Positions 37,901 through 48,105 of a DNA stretch of 59,730 nt are shown piece after piece. The notes below the pieces were generated by a model that was not told the DNA's origin, ran no database searches, and worked only from the letters and a program-made list of their open reading frames with translations. The position numbers and the translations under genes are program-made. Each line of letters opens with the position of its first letter. Position 1 is the stretch's first letter. The DNA comes from Cyanophora paradoxa CCMP329 (lineage: Eukaryota; Plantae; Glaucophyta): assembly GCA_004431415.1 (NCBI GenBank), contig QPMI01000069.1, positions 1 to 59,730 of the forward strand. The letters run 5' to 3'.

Positions 37901-38987
37901 TCCCGCGCAGAGCGCCATCAACGTAGATCGAGGCCACGGCTTCCGTTCCATCCGCTATCAGGGACACTGCGACGTGCGTCCACTGCGGCGCGGAGTACTA
38001 GTTGAGAAGGCGATCGAGGTGCGTGCTGGACGAGGCCGCGCCCACCTTGGAGGCGACGAGGACGGCATCGGTCTGCACGCCCTCCCCGGCCCGCTCCACG
38101 CGCAGAGCGCCCCCTGTTGCTACCTGCGAGGAGTGCGATGTCAGGTTGACCCGCCTCGTCGACGTCTCTAATGGAGAAGGGCCATAGCCAGGAGACAGGA
38201 GAGGCGGTGGGGGTAGAATGCGGCGGCGGCGGTGGGGAAGCCCGTTGAGCCGCGGTAAGGGGGGTCGGCAAGGGCGAGGGAAGAGAGGGGCCGAGAATAT
38301 CAATGGGTTCGAATGATATGCGCAATCCGAACGATGAATGATGTGCTTAATCCGAAGGATGAATGAGGTGCAAGGGGCAAGGGGGCAGCAACGGAGGAAT
38401 TCATGATCAGGGGCGGCCAGGGCGCACAAGGGCGAAATCGACATCCGACGTCCCCGGGTCCCCCCGCACAAAGATGCCCAGCACATCCGGTGCATTCGCC
38501 GACTCCGCACTCGGCTTCAGCCTGCACGCAATAGCAAGAGAGCCGCCCGTCAGCGCCGACGGACGCCGAAGAGCGATGAAAACAGAGCGCCGCGCGCGAA
38601 CCAGAGCTCGACCGTGAGCCGCATCGTCGCTTTGCTCCAGTCGAGCTCGCCGGCAGGCTGCGGCGCGATCGCGATGTAGCCGCCGGTGACGCTGAGTGCG
38701 CTCCCATGGGGATTCAGGTCAGTCGTATTTGCGCCGGTTGTCTGCAATGCCACCGCTGCGCGAGCCACATCAAGGTTAGGTTGCGTGTGCACGTGCCGGA
38801 CGCTTACGTATACGCATCTCATGAAAAAATCTTAATCGTGAGCGCGGACGGCCGCCGCAAGAAAGTGCGCACCCTCCAAGCTAAGCGACCCGCAGATGCA
38901 CGCCACGAAGAGAGCGGCGATGCGGGCCTGCAGCTGTTCAAGCCTAGGCCTACGACGCCAGCGGATGCGGCGAAAACCCGCCTCCAT
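19942..38987 (-). CDS. Giant multi-exon cell-surface/membrane protein: signal-like N-terminus, LamG/concanavalin-like domain, five tandem beta-rich repeats, IPT/TIG, PKD/Ig-like and SEA-like segments, multi-pass TRP/polycystin-like membrane region, low-complexity cytoplasmic tail
   Basis: MEAGF..RIAALFVACICGSLS (38987); MRLTVELWF and WTHVAVSL..ASIYVDGALRG..PLVIGA..AFTG (LamG, ~37800-38780); AYPDIGPMTGGTRVTLTG (IPT, ~26800-26860); GLSFAWSVVGPG..VANLTAPGNYTFTVEVMD (PKD-like, ~26000-26150); AVAASVAASVAIAVAGSVAGAV followed by several hydrophobic helices (~21640-24360); many N-x-S/T sites. All exons are on the minus strand. It could be more than one gene. Confidence 0.72.
27850..33090 (-). repeat. 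Five tandem intragenic exon-intron units, period ~1.15 kb
   Basis: Peptide YIADESSSLACG..DCTLTPRRLGELVWADAATIGFIGDGALAPVAGSLQP..GPAQSF..GRLLTGPSVAMALS recurs at ~27900-28430, 29080-29605, 30220-30760, 31410-31940 and 32535-33055. Confidence 0.93.
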
Positions 38988-40060
38988 ACTATGATAGCTG
39001 CTGACACGCGAACGGTGCATGCGCACGGACACGTGCGCGCCACGGCCGCCGCCGACTTAGCTAGCGCTCCGCTATATATACGTGTATATACACTAATATG
39101 TGGATATCGATATTGAAGGCTGTACAGCGCATCAATCTGGATTTTTGAATCGATCCGATGATCGCGATGTTGTGCCTCCACAGGCTCCGCTTCTCGATTA
39201 GTACCGTAGTACTGTGAAGCAGTGCGAATCTAATCCTACCGGAATATCAAGGCTTGCTATGCGATGATCATGATGATCTGCTCAGCCGCCGCAGTGGCCG
39301 CGCGGCTGCAATCGCCGCGTACTGCGGTATACGTTATCATACACTAATGACAGTGCACAGTGCACGCGCAGTACTCAGTAGTACTAGTGCCGGCGTGCGC
39401 CGGCGCCGCATGCGCAGTGCGCACGTCTAGATCTAGCGATCATCGACTCGGCGATCAGCCCGGCGGATCTGTAGTGATACGTATACTACGTCCTACCGTA
39501 GTACGTATACGGTATGCGGAACGCGGGTGTAAGTAATATAACGGGACGGAGCGCGCGGGACTCTAGCCTAGCTATAGTACTACGGTACTGTCCGACGGTC
39601 TGCGGGAGCTCAGCGGCTCGAGTCGACGACTCGAGTCACTCGACGTCTGCCGCGGTAGAGTCCGGGTCACCGGGTAGACGGATGTACAGTGAGCACACTA
39701 CTAGTACAGTGATGGGGCGCAAGTCGAAACCTCTGAAATCCTCTCTCCCGCCTTCAAAAAAGACTTCGAAAAAAAACTTCTCTCCTCTTTTTCTCGAGCC
39801 CAGGATACCCGGTACATCGTAGAGCTTCGATTCGGTCTACAATTGCGGAGTCGAATGATTAATCGGCCCCACTTACCGGTTGCGACTCTAATTCATTACG
39901 TATACAATGCTATACATAGTTGCGAATCCGTAAAACACTTAATCACAAGTAATGCGGGCACTTAAGTAATGCGGTCCCGAAATAATGCGTTTTCCGATGG
40001 CAAAACGCGAGCGGTACTTTTGTCGCCTTCCCCGTTCGCGATAACCAGATAATTCCACGG

Positions 40061-41229
40061 GTGCTGGATTACGTGCCGCGTGTTCCTTGCCGCCCTGCGG
40101 CTTCCCACCCTGTGGGCCTATCCTCTAATTCAATTCTATCTCGTTTGCTTCCGCTGCACGTTTGCTTTAGCGCTGTCTTTCTCTCTCTACGTCGCGGAAC
40201 CCTGCCCGGTCTTTTTATTCTAGGAGCAGGCCCTTCTGCCTTTCTTTCTCTTGATAATCTTGCGTTCACATTTGCTCGTATGCTCCCTCTCCGCCTCTCA
40301 TCTGTTCGTCGCTTCTACTGCCTTGAGGTCCAGCGGCTTCGCGATGTGTCTAGCCACGCTCAGATGCCCGATGCTAAGTGGGGGTTTCCCGGCGCCTTGT
40401 CTCCGTCCCGCCTTCCTCATCTTGTCGTCCTTCAGTGTTTCCCGATGCTTTGGATCGATGCTCTTTACCGTTTGCATTTCAAATTGTATCGTTTGGGCGA
40501 GCAACAGTCGCCTCGCCGTCGTTTCTGTCGGGTTTGTAATGACGGATCTTCTCGCTCTCACGCGCACGTTTTCTCTGAGTGCCCGCTTTCTCGTTCGTTC
40601 TGGGATTTCATTCGTGAGCGCCTGAATTTCTGGGCTTCTACTCTTCCACCGGAGGAGCGTGAAGAGGTCGCAGTGCCTGACCTCTCTCTCTTCCACATCC
40701 TCTCGGTTCCGGATTTATCTGGGCCCATTTTGCGCAGTAAAGTTAACCCCGCCTTCTGCCTTCGCTCACTTGGAGCGATCCTTGCTGGCGTATTTTCCAT
40801 CCAACAGGTTGCTCGCGCTCGGTGCGATCTTGAGGAGGCTGACATTGATGCACCTTCTTACAACCGCGCCGCGCTTGTTGCCGCCTGGGACAGAAATATG
40901 TCGTACCTAGAGTTCACCATCCCGCAGGCTTCGGCCTTGTTGGAGGAGCGGCGCGCTCGCTTGGCTGCTGCTGACGCTGATGATCAGGATGCCTCGGATG
41001 CTGACGCACATGATTCAGAGTCTGGTGCCGGTTCTCATCGTTCTAGTTCAAGCTCTGAATCTGACTCGCCCGACCCTCCTTCTTCGGGCGGTGCTGACAA
41101 CCTCGTCTCTTCGCGTGACATCGATTCTGTCCTCCGGAATCCTGCGGAGTTTGCCGTTCGTGGGAATGTCCGGTTGGGGATCCCTGGTGGTCGCCCGCCT
41201 CCTGCGCCGTCCCCTCCTGCTCTGGCCCC
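40061..41229 (+). mobile_element. 3' fragment of a non-LTR retrotransposon (L1/Tx1-like ORF2 C-terminus with zf-RVT-type zinc finger), 5'-truncated
   Basis: Intron-free, C/T-skewed ORF with ALYRLHFKLY..FCRVCNDGSSRSHAHVFSECPLSRSFW (CxxC..HxxxxC..W). No RT or endonuclease core is visible. It ends abruptly at the AT-rich element. Confidence 0.65.
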
Positions 41230-42815
41230 TGTAGTGACACATATGAATATTCATATTTTAATCCCTCGGCGTTCCGCCTCAGGATTAAAATATGAATATT
41301 CATATGTGTGATTCGATGTTATATCAATAAAATCGATTAATTTATTTGAATTTTCACATGAATTTTCATATTTTTATATGCAATTTCAATTAATTTAATC
41401 GATGTTATATCGATAAACTCGATTAATCGATATTGTATCTTAATTGTAGTTAATCGGAATTATATCAATAACTTCGATTGATCTTAATTGAATCCTAAAT
41501 GAATCTAATCGGAATTATATCAATAAATTCGATTAAATCATGTTCTTTTCCGATTAAATCAATTAAATATTTAACTTTGTTATCATAAGTGGTCTAAGTT
41601 GACTCACTTTCATAAACATTTTGAACTCTTAGTCTCTTTGAATTTCTTAAGATGACTCAACTTAGTCAACTTAGTCAACTTTGTTACCATAATCAATCAG
41701 GGTGGACTCACTTTTAGATCAACTTTGAAATTTCAAGCAAAATCAACTTGGATTTCAAAAGTGGATCTTCTAAGTGGACTCAAAATGTTCACTTTGTGAT
41801 ACATGTTAGCTCAAATCCTTACTGTTTATGGTCAGGGTTGACTAAGTGGGGGGAGTTGACACATTTTTTGAAATCCTTTTTAGAAAACTTTTGGTCCCAA
41901 ATATTTCCTGTGAAATTTGAGTCAACTCAACCCACTTAGTCAACCCTTGCATTGAATTCGTAACAAAATCCATATACTATTACTACTTTTACGATTTATA
42001 TGAGTCAACCTTGAGTCCACTTTAATATAAATATTATATAATAGGGGGAATCAAGGGGAGATGCTTATAAACATATGAATTATTGAGCCTATGATACTTA
42101 CATCGTCAGGCAGGCCTCGTTAAGAGGATTCCGAATCTGTTTTTGGTTTTGTCACATGATGAGTTGGTGAAGAGATACATGCATTTTAGTGTTTTGTATG
42201 TGGTTTAATGATATGATGTCATAATGCATGGGTTTTCGTCAACAGTTAAATGAACAGTTAAGTGGACACCGTTTCACGATAAACGAGTAGACACTGCCTA
42301 CTCCCAACAGGTGTCCACTTAACTGTTCACTTAATTGTTCGCAATTTGCTTCATTGTCTTTCAATAGCTTTCCCGCATATCTTGTTTTCAATTGTTGTTG
42401 CAGTACACTATTACAATAGTTGTCTCGTTAACTGTTCACTTATCTGTTCGCTGCGGAAAAAAGACGATGACGGACGTGTTATGTTACGAAATGATGTCAT
42501 AATGACGATGCATATGTATATGATATATATGACACACCATCGAACTCGGGAGATCATGACGATCACGGCGATATATATATGTTATGTGTTTATGATACAT
42601 CATTATTACATCATTATGATGCATCATTCCGAAATCTCGAAAAATCGATAATCGGCATCTTCAAACGCTTGTATCTCATCACCAGATTATCAAATCGCAA
42701 CGTTCTGCATATCGCTGTGAAGCGCTTGAAAAGATCTACAAGACAATGTGTATATCATATGCATATATGTATATCAGTCATACATATATTTGGAAAAAAC
42801 GAGTTTTCGGCTAGC
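41230..42815. repeat. Non-coding structured left end, putative terminal inverted repeat region
   Basis: 28-bp perfect hairpin (41237-41264/41282-41309), four ~28-bp direct repeats (41313-41536), AGTCAAC/GAGTCCAC palindromic module (41590-42025) and a 30-bp hairpin (42241-42270/42310-42339). The partner TIR is not visible, so TIR status is inferred. Confidence 0.65.
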
Positions 42816-42818
42816 AAA

Positions 42819-44204
42819 CTAGCTAGTTTTGGTCCTCTCTCTTAGTGTTCTTTGAGGTTTAGGGGCTGTATATGACTCCTTAGTAGTCTGAAAGTCACTA
42901 TACCATCTCTGGCTATTCACTTCTGAAAGTTTCTGTGTGCCTGCTATGGTGAGCTTTTTGAGTTCCCTATTAACTTTCCCAGCCTTCTCCTTCCTAGCCT
43001 CTATCAAAGGCTTATCTGGGACTTCATTAGCAGCTTCTATGCCTTCTCTCCTTATAGCAGCATCAACCCTAGCTTCCTCTTTAGCTTGCTCTAAGGCATC
43101 TACTGTAGGGGTTTCCAGATACTCAACTGCATTCACAGGCAACAGCTCATGGAAAGCAAACCTGTTATCTATGATCTCTCCAGTGGGACTCTTTAGCTTA
43201 AACTTAAAGCCTTCCCTACTATCAACAGTGTAAACCATCCTAGACCAATTGTTACCCTGTTTAGCAAAGGGGTTCTTCTCTACTTTCACTCTAACAAACA
43301 TGCCAGGCTGCATGGTATCAAGATAAGCTATTGATTTCTTGAATCTTTCATCTTCTAATCCTACTATATACCTATAATGCTCCTCTGTAGTTTCACCTGG
43401 CTTCATCTTAGTAGCTGAGTGAACTGTATTATTGTAATTAAACTCAATATCACCCAACACATCAAAGAATCTAGCTGTGTTATTAGCTATGCAGTAGTTT
43501 GTGATCAATCTCTTAATCTGCTTGTTAAAGGCTTCAATTCGACCTTGGCTCCTATGGTCTGCAGTTCCACTCACTTGGTGTTCTATGTATTTACTAGATA
43601 AATACTCCTGGAATATTCGATTTTGGAATTCACTCCCAGCATCTGATTGAACTTTTACTATGGGTCTTGCTACTCTCATCTCAAGCTGTTTAAATGCAGC
43701 TAATGTAGTGAGAGCTGATTTATCCCTTATAGGTATGATATACCCAGTTCTCAGTGTTGATTCCATTGCAGTCATAAAGGTATCATAGCCATTGTTTTGT
43801 TTCTTATAAGCTGGGAAAAAGAGCAAATCAATCACATAGGTATCAAGGGGTTGCCTTATTGGGACCATGGGATCTCTCTTCCTAGATATAGCAGGTGCAT
43901 TGATCTGAACTACCTCTTGCTTTTTATAGAACTCTTGCAACTGCTTATAGGATTCATCTGGTAACTCAGCCCTCATAGCTTGAAGCCCTTTGTAACCAGT
44001 TCTCACATCATAGAATCTCTTGGCAATCTTGCTAGTTTCTTTCACTGCAATAGCAACTGGGATCTCTACTGGGACAAGCTCTTTCATCTCAGACTTTTTG
44101 ACAATTCGAGATTCCCCTTTTTCCTCCTTTGGAACTGTGATAGGCAGTAGGTTACCTTGCAGTTGCTCAGTGGTTCTCCTTACTATTCTTCCAGTTGCTG
44201 GCAT
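42819..44204 (-). CDS. Retroviral-like (rve) DDE integrase of Maverick/Polinton type
   Basis: Intact 461-aa ORF with YVIDLLF (D), VQSDAGSEF (D), QGRIEAFNKQIK (E) and YNNTVHSATKMKP, followed by an SH3-like VRVK..NWSRMVYTV segment. Confidence 0.95.
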   Translation of the reverse strand: MPATGRIVRRTTEQLQGNLLPITVPKEEKGESRIVKKSEMKELVPVEIPVAIAVKETSKIAKRFYDVRTGYKGLQAMRAELPDESYKQLQEFYKKQEVVQINAPAISRKRDPMVPIRQPLDTYVIDLLFFPAYKKQNNGYDTFMTAMESTLRTGYIIPIRDKSALTTLAAFKQLEMRVARPIVKVQSDAGSEFQNRIFQEYLSSKYIEHQVSGTADHRSQGRIEAFNKQIKRLITNYCIANNTARFFDVLGDIEFNYNNTVHSATKMKPGETTEEHYRYIVGLEDERFKKSIAYLDTMQPGMFVRVKVEKNPFAKQGNNWSRMVYTVDSREGFKFKLKSPTGEIIDNRFAFHELLPVNAVEYLETPTVDALEQAKEEARVDAAIRREGIEAANEVPDKPLIEARKEKAGKVNRELKKLTIAGTQKLSEVNSQRWYSDFQTTKESYTAPKPQRTLRERTKTS

Positions 44205-44207
44205 CTC

Positions 44208-47200
44208 TTAATTAAAAGGAACAGAATTAATACCATCTGGTAAGATGTATCTCTTTGCATCAAAGCAGTTTAGGGCAACCCTTCTACTCACAGTATCTAT
44301 TATTGTGTGATCTGCCCTTCTTTTCTGCTTTGCAGTCACAGTCTTGCTGATACCTGCAAATAAACACTCCTTAAAATCATTGAATTGGAGTTCCTCAGTG
44401 GAAGTCCCAGATAGCTTACTTCTCTCAATCTCAGCAGTTCTGAAACTGTAAACTTTGGCTCTCAGACCTACATACTCCAATATAGCAGAACCTGGCATCT
44501 CATTTTTGTATTTACCTGGGGTCATTCTGTTAGATCCCCTAAGTCCAGATTAAAGGATATATTCTCTAGGTCTTTTTGGAGGGTCTGAGATTCGATATAT
44601 AGACAAAAGGAATCAGTATCATGGAATAGTAACTTTGCTTTTGCCCACTGGGACCTTACAGTATCATAGAAGAACTTGTAGTTATGCAGTTTGGCAGTAT
44701 CCAAAACATAAGCCCCAATAGCAACAGGCTTATCTAGCTTCACATGTTTTGTGTAAAACTCAAAGGCAACTGCCCTTTCACTTATGGGACTTGTTGATTT
44801 CACCAATGGGGAAGCTGCATATTTCATAAATAGCTTCTCAGTGTTGGCAATCTTAACCACAGATCGACCTCTACATGATTCAATGCATTTCCCATAGATT
44901 GAATTATTCATGAGCTTATAGAAATCAGCCTCGAATTTATTCACTGCTTTCCTTCTCATATCAGTATTCAGCTCAATGTAGGGTTTCATTACAGGAGCCA
45001 CAGTAAATGATAGGACCCTGTGAACCTTCTTTAGTTTCACACCTTTAGCTAACATGTATTGTAGAAGAGGCTCAGAAACTACATAGTTGGTCACAGAACC
45101 AAAGGTTGCAGTTAGCTTAGGGTTTTATCAAGCTCTTCTCCTGAGAGATCCAATAGGCTTTTTTGATATTGTGATAATTCGGCATATTCTACTATTTTCT
45201 TGTTAATAATTAGAGGGAAATCACTGTGATCTAGAAACAGCCTAATTGGGTAATCCAGATCAACTTCTAGGAAACTGGATCTGTTATCTTGTGGGTTGAA
45301 TTCGGTCTCCCATCTAAAATCACCAACTGGGATTGGCTGACTCAAACAGTAGCCATACAAGTTGTTAGCATCAAACAGCATAATATGGGAGTTCTCACCA
45401 TCAGCCTCAGCATACCTACAAGGCATTGTTGCAAACCCACCCCTGATTCCCCTCTCAACAAATTCGTATTGCTCTACATCACTTATAAGCTCTATTTTTG
45501 CCTTGGTGGTCCTAAGCATAGCATCCCAAGATAACCCTGGTGCAGATACATAATGAACTGGGTCAAGTCCATATACTGAGTGTGAAAGCCTTCTAAATGC
45601 CTGGAATTTGTTCATTAACTCAGTCACATCAGCAGCTCCGAAATCCATGAAATTGCTTGCATCAATGAACTTGTAAAGACCCCATTGCAATGAAAGGTAT
45701 TGATCAAAGTTTTTCGAAAGGATTTCGATTCGCTTTTTATCACCCATGCCTGCTATTTTTCTGAAAATGAATGTCCCACAGTCATCCATTTGATCAACAA
45801 CAACTGCAACTTTGGTTTGCTTTGAGATTCTCCTATGGAGATTGCAGTTTCTGCATGCAGGGGCAATGTAATGACCTGTGTGGTGATCATGATCCCTGCA
45901 TTTGAAGTTTTCCTTAGTGAACCTCTCACTGCAAAGGTAACAGTGTTTAGTAGCCTTGTAAATTGCTTTCTGCTCATCTGTGAGTTCATTCATGGGAATA
46001 TTGGTAAACAGGAAGTCAATTAGCTCTCTTGCTTTGGACTCCAAGCATTCAAACAGACCTCCCATTGGATCCTGACCCTCAAATCGAAAATCTTGAGCAT
46101 CTGCCCCAGTGACTACTCTGAGGTTGACTGCTGAGACTTCTCTCTTGGATTTTGATGCATCAATGGGGATGCTTCTATGTTCAATCTTGCAGTAGACCAC
46201 AACAGGAAGCCACACAGTTTTCCTAAGGTTTTTCAGTCCAAACTCTATTGTGGTCTCAGGCTTAGGAGTGATTCCCTTTGAGAGTCTCCAATCAATGCAT
46301 CTATTTGAGTCCACATGAGCAGTGAGTTTAGCCTCAGACCTGAATCGAGATAAGCATGTGTCACAGTAGTGTAACTTCTGATCATTGTATGTTTCATGGT
46401 TTACTTTCAATAATCTTGAAAGGGACATGATTGTAATATAATGACCATTCCCTTCATCATCAAATATCAGCATGAGATTAACCTTATGCTTTCTGCCTGG
46501 GTTACTTGATTGATGCAGGGGATAAATAACCTCTCCATCGATTCCAAATATATTAATGCTAATGCCTGCATTTTGAGCCTCGAATTTATCAATAATATCA
46601 GCATCACAGGCAACAGGGAATGGGATGTTATCGAAATTGAGAGCCAGCGGATTATAAGCGATTGCTGAGTATTTCCATTTGCGATATTGTGAAAGCTCAT
46701 TCCTCTTATGGGAGTTTATCGCTTTTCTGTGAATATATGCCAAAATTGCATTTTCGAAGCAGGAATCATCAATATTTCGAATATTTACTGTGGCTCTCTT
46801 CCTAGCAATCCACTCTGGGGTTTGTAGAAAGCATCCACCAGTTGGAGCATAACTCATAATAGCCACTCTGAGTATTTCAATTCTTTCTAAGCGATAGCTA
46901 TCAACCACATTCATCTGCTCCTGACACATTTGGGCTGCTTTATTCAGCTCAGTTCGAATATTTCTCGACCTGGTTAATACAAAGTAATCACTGTAAATGT
47001 ATTTCGATATCCAAACCTGTGGATTGCTCACTTTAACGAACTTGCAGATAAAAGACAAGCGAACCTTGATTGCCCTGAATTGATCTAAACCCTGCTTTAA
47101 TCGATTTGGAAGGGATGTAGCAATTCTATCCAGGAATTCAATCACATCTACAACAACTTCCCTTCTGGCTCTGTAAGTGAGCCAGCGATATAATTCATTC

Positions 47201-47451
47201 ATGGCTGTTCCATCTTCTGCATCTGGTTCTATTTGCCTAAGCCTATCCAATTCATCCAAGGTTTCAATTTTATCATATAGGTTATTTGCTTTTCTGGTTA
47301 ATCTGCTTAAAGTGGGTCTGCCCTTTGCAATTAAATCTATTTCCCGGTCATATTCAGCCTCTGTAATTTCATGGGCTGCATAAAGTGTTCCCAGCAATCC
47401 CATGAGTTCCCATTTCTTCTCCCTTATGAGTTTGTTGGTAATTCGGGGCAT
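44208..47451 (-). CDS. Protein-primed family B DNA polymerase (pPolB), split into three ORFs by two 1-bp indels
   Basis: DANNLYGY (motif A), KLMNNSIYGK (B), FHDTDSF (C), GKYKNE..GLRAKVYS, YGLDPVHYVSAPGLSWDAML and endonuclease VII-like CYLC..RDHDHHTG..CRNCNL. Adding one C to the CCC run at ~45120 gives KTPKLTATFGSVTNY; adding one G to the GGGG run at ~44537 gives GGSNRMTPGK. Confidence 0.95.
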
Positions 47452-47511
47452 TATTCCTAACTTGTTCCTATTCTAAGGGGATATTTTATTTTAGGATGTT
47501 CTAAACGCAAT

Positions 47512-47862
47512 TTAAAATGTTTTAATGGATCCATTGGCTTCCTCTGAATGAAATCGCAAAAACCTATTAATCCTAAATCGGGATTTCGGTTTTTGTAAAT
47601 TGACTATCCAAGGTTCAAAGAGATACATGTAATATGCTTCTCTGTTCATTAGGTCTTCATGCCCACCCTTCTTACTTGAATACAGGACTGAGAACTTCAC
47701 ATCAGAAGCCTTGCATAGGTCTGCTGTAGATGGCATTTGACCTGATTTGTGTTGTCTCCATCTTTTTTGTAGTGGCTGTGAGGTTCTCCCTATATAAACT
47801 TTATTCAATTCTTCACTCTCAATCATATAGATCGATCCAGAATCATGATCTGTTCCAGCCAT
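47512..47862 (-). CDS. GIY-YIG endonuclease
   Basis: GSIYMI..KVYIGRT..LQKRWRQH..REAYY..VN, the canonical GIY/YIG, Arg, Glu, Asn pattern. Confidence 0.9.
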   Translation of the reverse strand: MAGTDHDSGSIYMIESEELNKVYIGRTSQPLQKRWRQHKSGQMPSTADLCKASDVKFSVLYSSKKGGHEDLMNREAYYMYLFEPWIVNLQKPKSRFRINRFLRFHSEEANGSIKTF

Positions 47863-47913
47863 TTCTTACTACTTACATATAAATATATTTTTCTATCTCT
47901 TAAATCATTTTTT

Positions 47914-48100
47914 GGTTGACTTAGTGGGTGGAGTTGAGGCACTTTTTATTTCTTTTTAGGGCAGAGTCCTTTTTTAGAATCTGTGAAAAAATGAGTCAAC
48001 TCCCCCCACTTAGTCAACCTAATCGATAAATAAACCATAAATAAAAGACTGTTTGGGTCTTTTATGATAAATTTGAGTCAACCATGAGTCCACTTTTGAG
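47914..48100. repeat. Internal copy of the palindromic AGTCAAC/GAGTCCAC module
   Basis: 47995-48019 is the exact reverse complement of 41836-41860 (25 bp); tgagtcaaccatgagtccacttt at 48074 matches 42001 with one mismatch; the copy has its own internal inverted repeat (47914-47936/47995-48019). Confidence 0.88.
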
Positions 48101-48105
48101 TAAAC

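Noticed and set aside
41313-41536. Regularly spaced ~28-bp repeats resembling a CRISPR array
   Set aside because: Repeats are degenerate, the spacers are AT-rich and self-similar, there are no cas genes, and the context is a eukaryotic viral end.
42346-42845. Short plus-strand ORFs in the viral left end
   Set aside because: Non-ATG starts, low-complexity ATG/CAT-rich sequence and no CpG depletion, unlike the real viral genes.
44522-45125. Programmed frameshifting, introns or a naturally split pPolB
   Set aside because: Both breaks are repaired by adding one base to a homopolymer run, and similar indels occur in host genes, so sequencing error is more parsimonious.
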